This document shows, in pieces, positions 9,062 to 19,439 of a stretch of DNA of 64,000 nucleotides. This DNA comes from Candidatus Eiseniibacteriota bacterium (lineage in GTDB: Bacteria; Arandabacterota; Arandabacteria; Arandabacterales; Arandabacteraceae), in assembly GCA_043808325.1 (NCBI GenBank), contig JAZDEY010000035.1, forward strand, positions 2,853-66,852, in the 5' to 3' direction. The position numbers were made by a program, and so were the translations under genes. Positions within the stretch are counted from its first letter, which is position 1. Every line of letters starts with the position of its first letter. The notes beneath the pieces were generated by a model. That model did no database searches, was not told the DNA's origin, and worked only from the letters and a program-made list of their open reading frames with translations.

Positions 9062-11113
9062 TCAGGAGATCTTCGAGCCCGGCGCGGCGGGCTTATCCGG
9101 GACCAGCACGATCACCCGGCCGCCATCGCTTGCTGCAAGCAGCATCCCGTTCGATTCGATGCCTCGGATCTTCGCGGGCTTGAGGTTGGTGATCACGATG
9201 ATGTTCTTACCGGTCAACTCTTCCGGCGTATAGTGCTCGGCCACTCCGGCGACGATCTGGCGTTCCTCCCCGCCGATATCGATGAAGAGCTTCAAGAGTT
9301 TGGTTGCCCCGGGAACCGTGGTTGCGCTCTTAACGTGAGCGACTCGGAGATCCAGTCTTCTGAACTCGCTTATATCCAGCAGCGCTCCCTCGGCGGACGG
9401 CGTGCCGGCTTCATCGGGTCTCCCAATCATGGCAGATGAACCCTCCGTTCTCTTGCTGCCAGCGCCAGGGGCGGTCCCCGCTTCAGTGGCAGCTTCTGTT
9501 CCGGTTGCAATTGCAGTTGCAGTTCCTGTTGCAGTTGCCTTTCCGGTCGGAGTCTCCTTGTCGACCTCTATCCTCGGGAAGAGCGACCTCAAGTCGCCGA
9601 TCTTTGACGAGAGCCCCTGCCACGAGTCCCGCCAGGCGAGGGCCGTAGCGAACTTGGCGGGCCCGATCCCCGGAGCAATCCCCAGCGCCGACCATATCTC
9701 CTCAGACTTCGCAGGCATAAACGGGAAGAGCAGTACCGCCGTGTTCCGCAGAACCTCGCATACGTCGAACAAGACAGCGGCGGCCTCCTGCTTGCCCTCC
9801 GGCTTTTTCACCAGTGCCCACGGGGCCTTCTCCTCGACATAGCGATTGGCGTCCCGCACGACTGCGAAGACCTGGGAAAGGGCGCTGTGGATCTCGAGGC
9901 CGTCCATCGCCTTGAAGTATGTTTCGCGCACCTCATCAAGCGATCGCCTCATCCGTCCATCGGACGCAGCGCGTTCGCCGGGCTCGGGAATCCGCCCGGC
10001 GAAATACTGTTGGAGCATGTTGGTCGCCCGGCTCAGGAGGTTCCCGAGATCGTTCGCAAGCTCCGAGTTATACCGGTTGATGAACTGCTCCCAGGAAAAA
10101 TCGCCGTCCTTCCCCCAGACGATCTCCCGTGCCATGAAGTAGCGCAGCGGATCGGCGCCATACTTCTTCACCACCTCCAGCGGGTTGAGGATGTTGCCCA
10201 GGGTCTTGCTCAGGCGCTCGCCCCGGAAATTGACGAACCCGTGCCCGAAGATCGCGCGGGGCAGTTCGATCCCGGCGCTCATAAGCATCGCCGGCCAGAG
10301 AATACAGTGGAAGCGCGTGATGTCCTTGCCTATCACGTGGAGATCCGCCGGCCAATGCCGGGCAAATCGCGCCATGTCATCCGGAAAGCCGACCGCCGCC
10401 AGATAATTGATCAGAGCGTCGAACCACACATAGAAGACGTCGCCGGGCTCACCCGGAACCGCGAGTCCCCAGGTCACCCCGGAGCGCGAGACACTCACGT
10501 CATTGAGTCCGCGCCTGATGAAACTCACGATCTCATTCTTGCGCGTCTCGGGCCGGATGAAGCCGGGATTGATCGCGATGTGCTCGAGCAACCCGTCGGC
10601 GTACTTGGAGAGCGCAAAGAACATGTTCTCTTCTTCGATCCAGCTGGGCGGCATCTTGTGGGTCGGGCATTGGCCCTCCACCAGGTCCTCCTCCTGGAGG
10701 AAGCCTTCGCAAGAGACGCAGTACCACCCGGCATACTTGGCCTTGTAGATATCGCCCTTGGCGCTTATGCGCCGGAAGATTTCGTACACCGCCCGCCCAT
10801 GCCGCGGCTCGCTGGTTCTTATGAAGCCGTCATAGGAGACCCCCAGCTGCCGCCAGGTGTCCTGAAAGGCCCGGGACATCTCGAGGCAGTACTCGTCCGC
10901 AGGCAGACCCTTCTGGGTCGCCGCCTTGAGCACGTTCTGGGAATGCTCGTCATTGCCCATCGAGAAGAAGGTGTCGCGACCGCGCAGCCGCATGTACCTT
11001 GCGATGATGTCGGCACAGATCTTTTCGTACGCCGTGCCGAGATGGGGCAGGTCATTGACGTAGTCTATCGCCGTGGTGATATAGAACCTATTTGTCCCAG
11101 CCGAGTCAGCCAT
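9062..11113 (-). CDS. metG: Methionyl-tRNA synthetase with C-terminal EMAPII-like tRNA-binding domain
   Basis: HLGTAYE / KMSKS-class core and C-terminal tRNA-binding-domain motifs. A Thr/Ala/Gly-rich linker is encoded by a hexanucleotide-periodic repeat at ~9500-9545. Confidence 0.9.
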   Translation of the reverse strand: MADSAGTNRFYITTAIDYVNDLPHLGTAYEKICADIIARYMRLRGRDTFFSMGNDEHSQNVLKAATQKGLPADEYCLEMSRAFQDTWRQLGVSYDGFIRTSEPRHGRAVYEIFRRISAKGDIYKAKYAGWYCVSCEGFLQEEDLVEGQCPTHKMPPSWIEEENMFFALSKYADGLLEHIAINPGFIRPETRKNEIVSFIRRGLNDVSVSRSGVTWGLAVPGEPGDVFYVWFDALINYLAAVGFPDDMARFARHWPADLHVIGKDITRFHCILWPAMLMSAGIELPRAIFGHGFVNFRGERLSKTLGNILNPLEVVKKYGADPLRYFMAREIVWGKDGDFSWEQFINRYNSELANDLGNLLSRATNMLQQYFAGRIPEPGERAASDGRMRRSLDEVRETYFKAMDGLEIHSALSQVFAVVRDANRYVEEKAPWALVKKPEGKQEAAAVLFDVCEVLRNTAVLLFPFMPAKSEEIWSALGIAPGIGPAKFATALAWRDSWQGLSSKIGDLRSLFPRIEVDKETPTGKATATGTATAIATGTEAATEAGTAPGAGSKRTEGSSAMIGRPDEAGTPSAEGALLDISEFRRLDLRVAHVKSATTVPGATKLLKLFIDIGGEERQIVAGVAEHYTPEELTGKNIIVITNLKPAKIRGIESNGMLLAASDGGRVIVLVPDKPAAPGSKIS

Positions 11114-11137
11114 GGAACGCTCTCTTGTGATGATTAC

Positions 11138-12097
11138 CTATGGTTTGCGGCGCGGCCTGTCGGCTTCGCGGCTGTCTCCGGTCTCGTCGGGCGTGCCCGA
11201 TTGATCCGTCTCATCCGGCTCGGCTTTGGCCTTGCCCTCAAGTATCTTGGGCAGCTTCAAAAGCCGCTCGCCCAGTCCTAGTCTCTTTATCTGGTCCAGG
11301 GCCAGCCTCATCTCGTTGCCGTTCTCATCCTCGACGCTTACGGCCTGCGCGAAGATGTCGATCTTGGTAACGGTCGCCTCCCCGTAAGGCGTCACAACCT
11401 TGGCCCCGATTTTGGGCAGTTGCCTCGCGACCTCCATGTAATAGTCCCGCTCGAAGGCAAGACAGCACATAAGCCTTCCACAGGCGCCCGAAATCTTGGT
11501 CGGGCTCACCGAGAGACTCTGGTCGCGAGCCATCTTCAGGGTCACGGGCTCGAACTCCTGCAGGAATGTGGTGCAGCAGAACTGCCGGCCGCATGACCCG
11601 TAACCGCCCAGGCGCTTGGCCTCATCGCGCACCCCGATCTGCCGCAGTTCGATCCTGGTCTTGTAGATCGCCGCCAGATCCTTGACCAAGTCTCGGAAAT
11701 CCACGCGCTCGTCGGCGGTGAAGAAGAAGGTTATCTTGCTGCAGTCCAACTGGTACTCAACGTCCACCAATTTCATCTTGAGATCCCGATCGGCGATCTT
11801 GTTCTCACAGAGCTTCCGGGCGCTCTCTTCCTTGTGTTTGATCTCTTCGTACTTGGCGAGGTCATCATCGCCGGCTTTGCGCAGCACCTCCTGCGTCACC
11901 GGCTTCACTTTCGCCATCCTATCGAGCGGCTCGCCGGTCCGGACCACCTTGCCCATGTCGCGCCCGCGCTCAACCTGCACGACCACGAAGTCGCCCGCGG
12001 CGAGCGGCAGGCCATTGGAATTCCGGAAATACTCCCTGCGCTCTCCCTTGAATTCAACCTGAACTATGTTGCCGCCGTTCGTTCCTTCCATCTCCAC
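11138..12097 (-). CDS. PSP1 C-terminal domain protein (YaaT/RicT-like)
   Basis: Cys-rich PSP1 core (CGRQFCCTTFL...GACGRLMCCLAFE). Located between envC and metG. Confidence 0.75.
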   Translation of the reverse strand: MEMEGTNGGNIVQVEFKGERREYFRNSNGLPLAAGDFVVVQVERGRDMGKVVRTGEPLDRMAKVKPVTQEVLRKAGDDDLAKYEEIKHKEESARKLCENKIADRDLKMKLVDVEYQLDCSKITFFFTADERVDFRDLVKDLAAIYKTRIELRQIGVRDEAKRLGGYGSCGRQFCCTTFLQEFEPVTLKMARDQSLSVSPTKISGACGRLMCCLAFERDYYMEVARQLPKIGAKVVTPYGEATVTKIDIFAQAVSVEDENGNEMRLALDQIKRLGLGERLLKLPKILEGKAKAEPDETDQSGTPDETGDSREADRPRRKP

Positions 12098-12137
12098 CGC
12101 CCTCTATGTCGGAGTTACCTCGTAGTCCGCCCCACCG

Positions 12138-13406
12138 CTATCTGATAAGCCATGCCTGCGGATCCAGGGCTCGCCTGCCCTGCCTTATCTCAAAATGGAG
12201 CACCGCACCCTCCGGGGCGCTGGTCTCTCCGATAAAGCCGACGGGATCGCCTTCCGCAACCTCGTAGCCGGCGGCCACGGCCAGCGATTCCAACCGTCCA
12301 TAGAGCGAGTAGTAGCCGCTGCCGTGATCCACGATCACGCAGTTGCCGAGTCCCGCAAGCGGCCCGGCGAAGCTGACGCTTCCCGCAGCAACCGTCCTCA
12401 CCCGCGCTCCTGCAGTCGCCTTTATATCTATGCCGTTGTTCTTGATTATGGTTCCGAACTTGGGATGGGTCTCGACCCCGAAGTTCGATATCACTTCGCC
12501 CTCGCAGGGCCAGATCAGTCTCCCTATCCGCCCCGCAAAAGAAGTCCCGGCGTAACCCGTCTCTTCCCGCTTGGCCTCCAGCCGGCCCAGCATCTCCTCA
12601 AGATTCCTGCTCGCCTCCTGTAGCTCGCGGGCCATGTTCTCATAATAAGACCGCTTGCTCTTGAGGCGCTCCACGAGCGCGTCGCGCTCTTCTTTTCTGA
12701 TCTCAAGATTGCGGGTCTCTTCCGCGACCTCGCCCTCGGTCTGTTCGAGGCGCACCTTCTTGCCTTCGATGTGATCGACCAGAACGCGCTTGGTTTCAAC
12801 CGTCTCCTCGAAGTCCGCCATCAATTCGCGGTCATGGTCCGCCACAACCGAAAGATAATAGATTCGCTTGGCCAGATCAGCAAAAGACTTGGACGTCAGG
12901 ACAACTTCCATAACCTGGCCGCGGCCGAACTTGTAGATCCCGCGGAGCCGCGACCCGAGCATATCGCTGGCCATCCCTAGGGACGCCTGGGCGTGACCCA
13001 GATCCTGCTGCGCATTTCCCAGGTCATCCAGCAGGACCGCTTTCTGCTGCGAGAGTTTGTTGAGGAGCTGCTGGTTCATGCCCAGTTCCTCATTCAGCCT
13101 CTCCACTTCACCCGCAAGGTCCTGTTCCTGGCCCGCGACGTCGGCGGCCTGCCGGCGCTTCTCCTCGAGGTCACGCCTGATCTGCTGGAGCTCGTCCTCT
13201 TTGGCCTTGATCTCGGCCTCGCCACCAGGGACCCCGAGGCTATCTCCCGCCTGGGTGCTCTCCCCGGCAGCCGCCGGCCGCTCTTCCTCGGCAAATGCCA
13301 CCCAACCGGTTCCGATGTCGACCGCCGGAAGGACGAGGGCCCCTGCGGCAATCAAGACAAGAAGTGCAGATGCCGCCGCAGGCGTGAACGTCCGTCGCGC
13401 GATCAA
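12138..13406 (-). CDS. envC: EnvC-like murein hydrolase activator (coiled-coil plus M23/LytM domain)
   Basis: Long coiled-coil region followed by the M23 domain; immediately downstream of ftsE-ftsX. Confidence 0.75.
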   Translation of the reverse strand: MIARRTFTPAAASALLVLIAAGALVLPAVDIGTGWVAFAEEERPAAAGESTQAGDSLGVPGGEAEIKAKEDELQQIRRDLEEKRRQAADVAGQEQDLAGEVERLNEELGMNQQLLNKLSQQKAVLLDDLGNAQQDLGHAQASLGMASDMLGSRLRGIYKFGRGQVMEVVLTSKSFADLAKRIYYLSVVADHDRELMADFEETVETKRVLVDHIEGKKVRLEQTEGEVAEETRNLEIRKEERDALVERLKSKRSYYENMARELQEASRNLEEMLGRLEAKREETGYAGTSFAGRIGRLIWPCEGEVISNFGVETHPKFGTIIKNNGIDIKATAGARVRTVAAGSVSFAGPLAGLGNCVIVDHGSGYYSLYGRLESLAVAAGYEVAEGDPVGFIGETSAPEGAVLHFEIRQGRRALDPQAWLIR

Positions 13407-14266
13407 GCCCGGTTCCTTTCCTTCATGAATGCTCTGAGCGAGACAAAGCTCCCCAGCATCGCCACCCCTATCCCGAAGACCGCAAAGAGCCCGATCATTC
13501 CCGCCGGCATGAACCTGACCTGCGGGACTCGCACCCCTATCACCCGATAGCCGATGAAGATTGCCACCAGCGAGAGCACGACCGCCGCCGCCCCATGGAT
13601 GCCACCCTCCAGAAGAAACGGCGTCATCACGAAGGTGTCGGTTGCCCCCACCAGCTTCAGTATCTTGATCGCCTCCCGGCGCGCATAGAGCGTGAGTCTC
13701 ACCGTATAGGAAACGGTGACGATCGCCGCGAGGGCGACAACCAGGCCCGCCCCGATGTCGGCAAGCGCCAGCGCCCGCACCAGTCTCTCCAGACGTGCTA
13801 TCCAGCCTGCGCCATAGCTCACGTCTTCAACGCCCGGCATGTCCGCGATCTGGCCCGAGAGGCTCTCCACGATGTTCTTGAACCGGTAGCGGGGCCTGAG
13901 AGTGATCTCAAATGAAGAGGGCAGCGGATTGTCCTCCAGCGCGTCCAGGAGATAGCTCTTGGCGCCGAATTCGCCCTTGAGCCTCTCAAGGGCTTCCTCG
14001 GGGCTCACATACCGAAGTTCCTCGACCACCTTCACGGCCTCGATCTCGGCCCTCAAGGAATCGACCGTCGCCTGGTCGATCCCTTCCCGGAGGAAGGCAA
14101 CTATCTCCACCTTCTCGTGGGCGTACTTCAGAAGCTCCCGGAGGTTCGCCGTCGCAAACAAGAAGATCCCCAGGATCAGCAGAGAAAAGGTCATGATCAT
14201 GATGCACGCAACCGACATGAGGCCTGCGCGTTTGATGCCTGAGAGTGCCTGTCTTAAGTGATACAA
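13403..14266 (-). CDS. ftsX: Cell division permease FtsX
   Basis: Four-TM FtsX topology. Overlaps the ftsE stop. Confidence 0.85.
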   Translation of the reverse strand: MYHLRQALSGIKRAGLMSVACIMIMTFSLLILGIFLFATANLRELLKYAHEKVEIVAFLREGIDQATVDSLRAEIEAVKVVEELRYVSPEEALERLKGEFGAKSYLLDALEDNPLPSSFEITLRPRYRFKNIVESLSGQIADMPGVEDVSYGAGWIARLERLVRALALADIGAGLVVALAAIVTVSYTVRLTLYARREAIKILKLVGATDTFVMTPFLLEGGIHGAAAVVLSLVAIFIGYRVIGVRVPQVRFMPAGMIGLFAVFGIGVAMLGSFVSLRAFMKERNRA

Positions 14267-14937
14267 GTTTCGAATCCCCCGTCAGCAGTGATCCTTCCTG
14301 CTTCGATCTTTATCACCCGTTTGCCCAATCGTTCGGCGTGCCGATAATCGTGGGTCGCCACGAGCACGAGCGTGCCTCCCCGGTTTATCTCGACCAAAAG
14401 GTCGAATATCCGGCCCGCGGTGTCGGGATCGAGATTCCCGGTCGGCTCATCGGCAAGCAAGATCGGCGGCCTCAGGGCTATCGCCCGCGCGATCGCGACC
14501 CGCTGTTGCTCCCCACCCGAGATATTCCCCGGGCACAGGTGCCGCTTCGAGGAGAGCCCAACCGAATAGAGCACGTTGTTGACCCGCTTCCTGAGCTCGT
14601 GGCCGCCCTTGCCCGCCGCCCGCAGCGCGATCGCGACATTCTCAAACGCACTGAGGTCCGGAAGCAGTCGGAAGTCCTGGAACACAACCCCTATTTCCCT
14701 GCGAAGGTACGGGATCTCCCGGCCCTTTATCGACACCGAATCATAATCTCCCACCTCGACCTCGCCGCTTGTCGGAAACTCCTCCATGTAGATGTGCCTC
14801 AAGAGCGTGGTCTTGCCTGCCCCCGATGACCCGACAAGGAAGGCGAACTCTCCCTTCTCGAGCGAGAAGCTCACGTCTTTGAGGGCCGCCCGCCCCCCAG
14901 CGTATATCTTGTCGACTTCCCTGAACTCAACCAGCAT
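14254..14937 (-). CDS. ftsE: Cell division ATP-binding protein FtsE
   Basis: Walker A GSSGAGKTT, ABC signature LSGGEQQR, Walker B. Confidence 0.9.
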   Translation of the reverse strand: MLVEFREVDKIYAGGRAALKDVSFSLEKGEFAFLVGSSGAGKTTLLRHIYMEEFPTSGEVEVGDYDSVSIKGREIPYLRREIGVVFQDFRLLPDLSAFENVAIALRAAGKGGHELRKRVNNVLYSVGLSSKRHLCPGNISGGEQQRVAIARAIALRPPILLADEPTGNLDPDTAGRIFDLLVEINRGGTLVLVATHDYRHAERLGKRVIKIEAGRITADGGFETCIT

Positions 14938-14968
14938 CTTCCGACCTCGCTACTCCATGAGCCTTGCG

Positions 14969-16096
14969 TTATCGCCCGCGCAACCCGACGCGTCCCACTA
15001 TTCTGACACATTCCAGAATCGCATTCACCATACTCTTCTCCGAAGCACAGCCTTCGCCTGCGATGTCGAAGGCGGTCCCGTGCCCGGGAGACGTGCGCAC
15101 AATCGGAATTCCGATTGTGATATTGACCACTTTGCGGTGATCGCCGATCTTCACAGGTATCATTCCCTGGTCGTGATACATTGCCACAATCGCGTCAAAG
15201 CCTCTCGCGAGCGCGCGTTGAAAAATCGAATCTGCCGGGTAAGGCCCCTCGATACTTATGCCTTGCTTCCGCGCCAGGTCGATCGCCGGTCCGATCACAG
15301 CGCGCTCCTCTCGGCCCAGCCGGCCGCCCTCGCCGCTATGCGGATTGAGGCAGCACACGCCTATCACTGTGGGATCGAGTCCCATATAGAGCCGCAGGTA
15401 CTCCTGCGCAAGCTTGAATTTCTCGACGAGGCCTGCGGCCGTGATCGCTCCCGGGACCGCCTTGAGCGGCAGGTGCGCCGTGGCAAAAACCACGCGCAGA
15501 TCCTGGTTGGTCATCATCATCGCATATCGTCGGGCTCCGGTCAGACGCGCGATCAATTCGGTATGCCCCACCATGCCGTAACCTGCGAGCGCAAGCGATT
15601 CCTTTGATACGGGAGCGGTCACCATTCCATCCACACGGCCCGCCACCGCAAGGCGCACCGCCTCCACGATCGCCCCACCCGCAGCCTTCCCGCCCGCCTT
15701 GCTTGCCTTCCCAAGGGGAGCCAACCTGCTCACTCGCTCCGCATTGCGCACCGTGATCGTCCGGGGGACGATCTTGAGCTCGCGAAGCGTGATCACCTTA
15801 CCGTGTCTCGTGGCCGTAGCCGATACCCGCGGCTCTTGTGGCGTGTGCCCCGATTGGGTTTCGACCTCCACCACCAGATGAAGCATGCGCGCCAGGTTTC
15901 TCAGGAATCTCGCGTCGCCCACGAGGAGCGGCTCGCAGGCACGCCTCACGACGGGATCACACAGCGCCTTGAGCGCAACTTCGGGGCCGATCCCGCCGGG
16001 ATCTCCCATGGAGATCGCAATTCGGGGCAGCCGCTCCGCTTGGCCGGTCGCCGATTCTCGCGGTTTCAATTCTTGCTTCTTGGCCTTGGCTCTCAT
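14969..16096 (-). CDS. pdxA: 4-hydroxythreonine-4-phosphate dehydrogenase PdxA
   Basis: RIAISMGDPGGIGPEV, NPHSGEGG, HGTAFDIAG motifs. The ~25-aa N-terminal extension is uncertain. Confidence 0.8.
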   Translation of the reverse strand: MRAKAKKQELKPRESATGQAERLPRIAISMGDPGGIGPEVALKALCDPVVRRACEPLLVGDARFLRNLARMLHLVVEVETQSGHTPQEPRVSATATRHGKVITLRELKIVPRTITVRNAERVSRLAPLGKASKAGGKAAGGAIVEAVRLAVAGRVDGMVTAPVSKESLALAGYGMVGHTELIARLTGARRYAMMMTNQDLRVVFATAHLPLKAVPGAITAAGLVEKFKLAQEYLRLYMGLDPTVIGVCCLNPHSGEGGRLGREERAVIGPAIDLARKQGISIEGPYPADSIFQRALARGFDAIVAMYHDQGMIPVKIGDHRKVVNITIGIPIVRTSPGHGTAFDIAGEGCASEKSMVNAILECVRIVGRVGLRGR

Positions 16097-16127
16097 CGCG
16101 GGCCTCGCCGCACCTCGGGGCGCGCAT

Positions 16128-16394
16128 CTACAACAATTCCTTGCGCCTCGCCTCTCTCACCTTATAAAAGGCCTCGCCGTCTTTTCGCTTATAATTCCGG
16201 GTAGGAAGGCCGACCACTTCTATTTCAAGCAACTGGCGATCTGCCTCTATCGTTATGATATGGCCCGGCCCCACATCCTTGCTCGGTCTCGCCTCTCGAC
16301 CGTCAACTCTGACCTCGCCCCTTTCGCACGCTTCCTTGGCGAGCGTGCGCTGCTTAACCAGGCAGGTCCTCTTGAGGAAAACGTCGAGTCGCAC
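16128..16394 (-). CDS. S4-domain RNA-binding protein (Hsp15-like)
   Basis: S4 fold signature RLDVFL...AKE...GEVRVDG. Confidence 0.6.
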   Translation of the reverse strand: MRLDVFLKRTCLVKQRTLAKEACERGEVRVDGREARPSKDVGPGHIITIEADRQLLEIEVVGLPTRNYKRKDGEAFYKVREARRKELL

Positions 16395-16395
16395 C

Positions 16396-17697
16396 TTACA
16401 TCTTCTTAACGTATATCTCTTGCTTTGCGGCGTCGAGCCACTTGACGAACTCCGCCTCTCGCTTCCGGGCTTCGATCAGGTTCCTGATCCACGGTTTGGC
16501 CTCATCGTAGTCCGGCTTCCTCGCCGCAGTCCGCGAAACAAGCTTCAGAATCTGGCATCCCAGCGCCGTCCGCATGACCTGGGAGACATCCCCGGGATTG
16601 AGCCCGACCAGAGCTTGCTGGTACGAGTCGTCCAGAGAACTCAATTCCACCTCGCCGATGTAGCCGCCCTTTTCTTTGGTGGACTGGTCCTCGCTGTACT
16701 GCCGCGCCAGGGTCTCGAATCCTTCTCCCGCGGTCAGGCGCGACCTTATCTCCTCGGCAAGCCGCAAGGCCTCGGCGGTATCCTCGGCGGTGGGGGCAAA
16801 CTTGAAGAATATGTGCCTTAACCGGTATCTCTCGTCCGTTTTCTCGTCCAGCTTGATTATCTCGATGCCGCCGCCGGTTCTGAAGGGCTCGGAGACCTGG
16901 CCGGAGACAAGTTTCGCCGCAACGCCGGCAACATCGGGCTGAAGATCCGCGAGGTCTACCGCACCGATCTCGCCTCCGCTCCCACGGGTCAGTGGATCCT
17001 CGGACACCTCCCGGGCCACCTTGTCAAAGGCCTCCCCTCGCTTCATCCGATCCATCACGTTGCTGACCTTCCCGACAAGCTCGTTCTCCTTGCTGGGTGA
17101 GATCCGGGGCGTGATGATAATGTGGGCCACACCCACAACCTCGGGAAGACTCGGGATCGAATCGTACTTATTCTGGAAGAACCTCACGAAATCGCCCTCC
17201 GCGACGGCGATCGCCCCGAACTGCTTCCTCATGAACTTGGAAACGTAGAGCTGCTCCTCAATATCTTTTCGGTAGCGCGTCTTCAGGTCGTCGAGCGCCA
17301 CGCCCTGCCTCTCAAGCTCCGTCTGAAACGCAGCCTCGGACCCCGATGCTTTGACCAGGTCCACGAGCCACTGGTCGAGGCCGTCCTCCACCTCGGTCTG
17401 GGTGACCTCGATGCTTTCCTTCTTCGCCTTGGCTATCACGATCCGTCTGTCTATCAAGCTCTCAAGCAGCTCGTCTCGTAGCGCAAGGAGCCCCGCGGAA
17501 TCCGCCGGCATCGCCTCGCCCCGGAGTTTTCTCACGTAGATTTCCTCGCCCAGAGCCCGGTCGATGTCACTCTGGAAAACCGGGGCCTTGTCCACAACCG
17601 CCGCCACGCGGTCGGCGAGCTCCTGGGCGCCGGCGACCGTCGCAGCGGCAACTACAACCACAAGGAACCAGAAAGAGAACCGGAATATACGCCGCAT
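16396..17697 (-). CDS. surA: SurA-like periplasmic chaperone / parvulin PPIase
   Basis: Signal peptide, SurA N-domain, PpiC-type parvulin domain. surA-pdxA synteny as in E. coli. Confidence 0.75.
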   Translation of the reverse strand: MRRIFRFSFWFLVVVVAAATVAGAQELADRVAAVVDKAPVFQSDIDRALGEEIYVRKLRGEAMPADSAGLLALRDELLESLIDRRIVIAKAKKESIEVTQTEVEDGLDQWLVDLVKASGSEAAFQTELERQGVALDDLKTRYRKDIEEQLYVSKFMRKQFGAIAVAEGDFVRFFQNKYDSIPSLPEVVGVAHIIITPRISPSKENELVGKVSNVMDRMKRGEAFDKVAREVSEDPLTRGSGGEIGAVDLADLQPDVAGVAAKLVSGQVSEPFRTGGGIEIIKLDEKTDERYRLRHIFFKFAPTAEDTAEALRLAEEIRSRLTAGEGFETLARQYSEDQSTKEKGGYIGEVELSSLDDSYQQALVGLNPGDVSQVMRTALGCQILKLVSRTAARKPDYDEAKPWIRNLIEARKREAEFVKWLDAAKQEIYVKKM

Positions 17698-17698
17698 T

Positions 17699-19408
17699 TC
17701 ATGCCCCTTGCTGTTTGAGATCTTCGAAGTTTATGACGCCGAGGGCGTCCGGGAAGATCTCAACCTTGTACTCGTCCATCCTGGCCTTCAGCCAGTCGCT
17801 GAACTTCTTGTCCTGCTCCAGCTGAAGCGCCCGCTCGTGCAGGGGTTCCTTGATCTCATCGAATAACATCTGTCTGGGCTCTATGCGCTCAAGCAGCCTC
17901 ACAATCATGGAGCCCGCCGGCCCGAATCCCACCGGCACGGGCACCGGCGCCGAGTAGGTCCCAACCTTCAGAGTATCCAGCACCTGCTGGAGGTCGGGCA
18001 TCTGCTCGATCTCTTCCTTGTAGAGCGGCCGCGCCAGTTCTCCGCCGTTCTGGCCGCTTGCAGCGTCTATGGATTTGGTCTTGGCAAGACTCGCGAAATT
18101 CGCTCCGGCCTGAAGCTGGTCATATATGGCCTTGGCCCCGGGGTCATCGGCCGCAATGATCACGGCGATCCTGGTCTCGGGTTCGGTGATAAGTTCTTGT
18201 TTGTGTTCGTCGTAGAACTTCTGGAGTTGCACATCGTCCAGTGTAACGTCCTTTGTAAGATCATCGTGAAGCGCCGTGATTATTGCTTCCTCGACCGCGC
18301 GGTCGCCCGCCCTTACGGCCTCCGGCCTGGTTTCATACCCCTTGTTGCTGATCTCCGCCTTCCAGAGTTCGCCGGTTACAAAATCCCCGATCATGGACTT
18401 TACCATCCCGGTGTCGGCGCCATAGCCCGGGCGCACGTAATCCGGCAGTCCGTTGATGCTATCCATGTAGTTCTTTACCTTCCAAGTCCCACCCTTCCAT
18501 CGGGCCAGCTCGCGATCCTGCTCTTCATCGGAGAACTCGGGGATCTTGCCTGGCGGAACATCGGCCGCCGGGTAAAGGGCCTTGGTCTTTGCGACGATGA
18601 GATCGACGGCGGCTTCGTTGAAGGTGAGGTCGTAGTCCTTCTTCATCTGAGCGATGATCTCGCGCTGGCGGGTGTTTTCTCCACTGGCCCTGGTCATCGC
18701 CTCAAGTCCGTCGCGGGCCTGGTCGAAGGTGGTCGCCTCCCTTTCCTGCTTTGCGTAGACCTTCACTATGACGTAGTAGGTGTCGTAGGGGATGATCCCG
18801 CTGGTCTCACCCGGAGACATGCTCGTCAGCTTCTCGTCAATGGGTCCCGGCATGGTCCCGGGCGCCCGGAGACCGATGTCGCCGTTCTGGGCCCGCGACG
18901 GATCGATCGAGAAAGCCGACGCGAGCTTTCCGAAGTCTTCGCCCTGCTCGAGGCGCTTCTCGATTTCCTCGGCAAGCTGCTTGGACCTGACAAATATCCA
19001 GCCCATCTGGTAATCGTATTTATCCTTGGCAAACAGGTTCTGGAGGTCCTTCTCGGCGATATTGACCTTTCCTCTCACCATCTCTTCGTAGAAAGTCTGC
19101 CAGGCCTTTCGCATCAGCGCGTCCTGGCGCCCCTGGGCTACTTCGGGCAACCTGTCCAGTCCCCGCTTCTGCGCTTCTCTCTTGAGGACCTCCTTGGCTA
19201 CGATATCCTTGGCGAAGGCCTCCTTCTCGTCGATTGTCTTAAGATCCGGCCGCGCAGCGGGACTCATTGCAAGATAGTCGTCCTCTATCATCTTGACCGT
19301 GATCGCATCCTCGCCGATGCGTGCGACCACCTTGTTGTCGGCCTTGGTACAGGAAAGCGATAATGCGGCGATCGCAAGCAACAGAGGAACGCCAAATAGC
19401 CGTCTCAT
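17699..19408 (-). CDS. Second SurA/PpiD-like parvulin-type peptidyl-prolyl isomerase. Possibly a lipoprotein.
   Basis: Start chosen at MRRLFGVPLLLAIAALSLSC; the ORF track extends to 19450. Parvulin domain near the C-terminus. Confidence 0.65.
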   Translation of the reverse strand: MRRLFGVPLLLAIAALSLSCTKADNKVVARIGEDAITVKMIEDDYLAMSPAARPDLKTIDEKEAFAKDIVAKEVLKREAQKRGLDRLPEVAQGRQDALMRKAWQTFYEEMVRGKVNIAEKDLQNLFAKDKYDYQMGWIFVRSKQLAEEIEKRLEQGEDFGKLASAFSIDPSRAQNGDIGLRAPGTMPGPIDEKLTSMSPGETSGIIPYDTYYVIVKVYAKQEREATTFDQARDGLEAMTRASGENTRQREIIAQMKKDYDLTFNEAAVDLIVAKTKALYPAADVPPGKIPEFSDEEQDRELARWKGGTWKVKNYMDSINGLPDYVRPGYGADTGMVKSMIGDFVTGELWKAEISNKGYETRPEAVRAGDRAVEEAIITALHDDLTKDVTLDDVQLQKFYDEHKQELITEPETRIAVIIAADDPGAKAIYDQLQAGANFASLAKTKSIDAASGQNGGELARPLYKEEIEQMPDLQQVLDTLKVGTYSAPVPVPVGFGPAGSMIVRLLERIEPRQMLFDEIKEPLHERALQLEQDKKFSDWLKARMDEYKVEIFPDALGVINFEDLKQQGA

Positions 19409-19439
19409 GGGATACTCTCCTTTCATACAAGCCAACCTA

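Noticed and set aside
9887-11281. Long antisense ORFs: 9887..11281+, 18197..19363+, 22636..24030+, 24812..25870+, 29423..31093+, 38006..38983+, 39903..40724+, 20328..21080+, 21123..22094+
   Set aside because: They lie opposite well-supported genes (metG, surA-like, BatA-like, DUF58, the giant surface protein, GT39, parB, mfd). Their composition is Arg/Gly/Pro-rich and no motifs are present. This is typical of high-GC antisense open frames.
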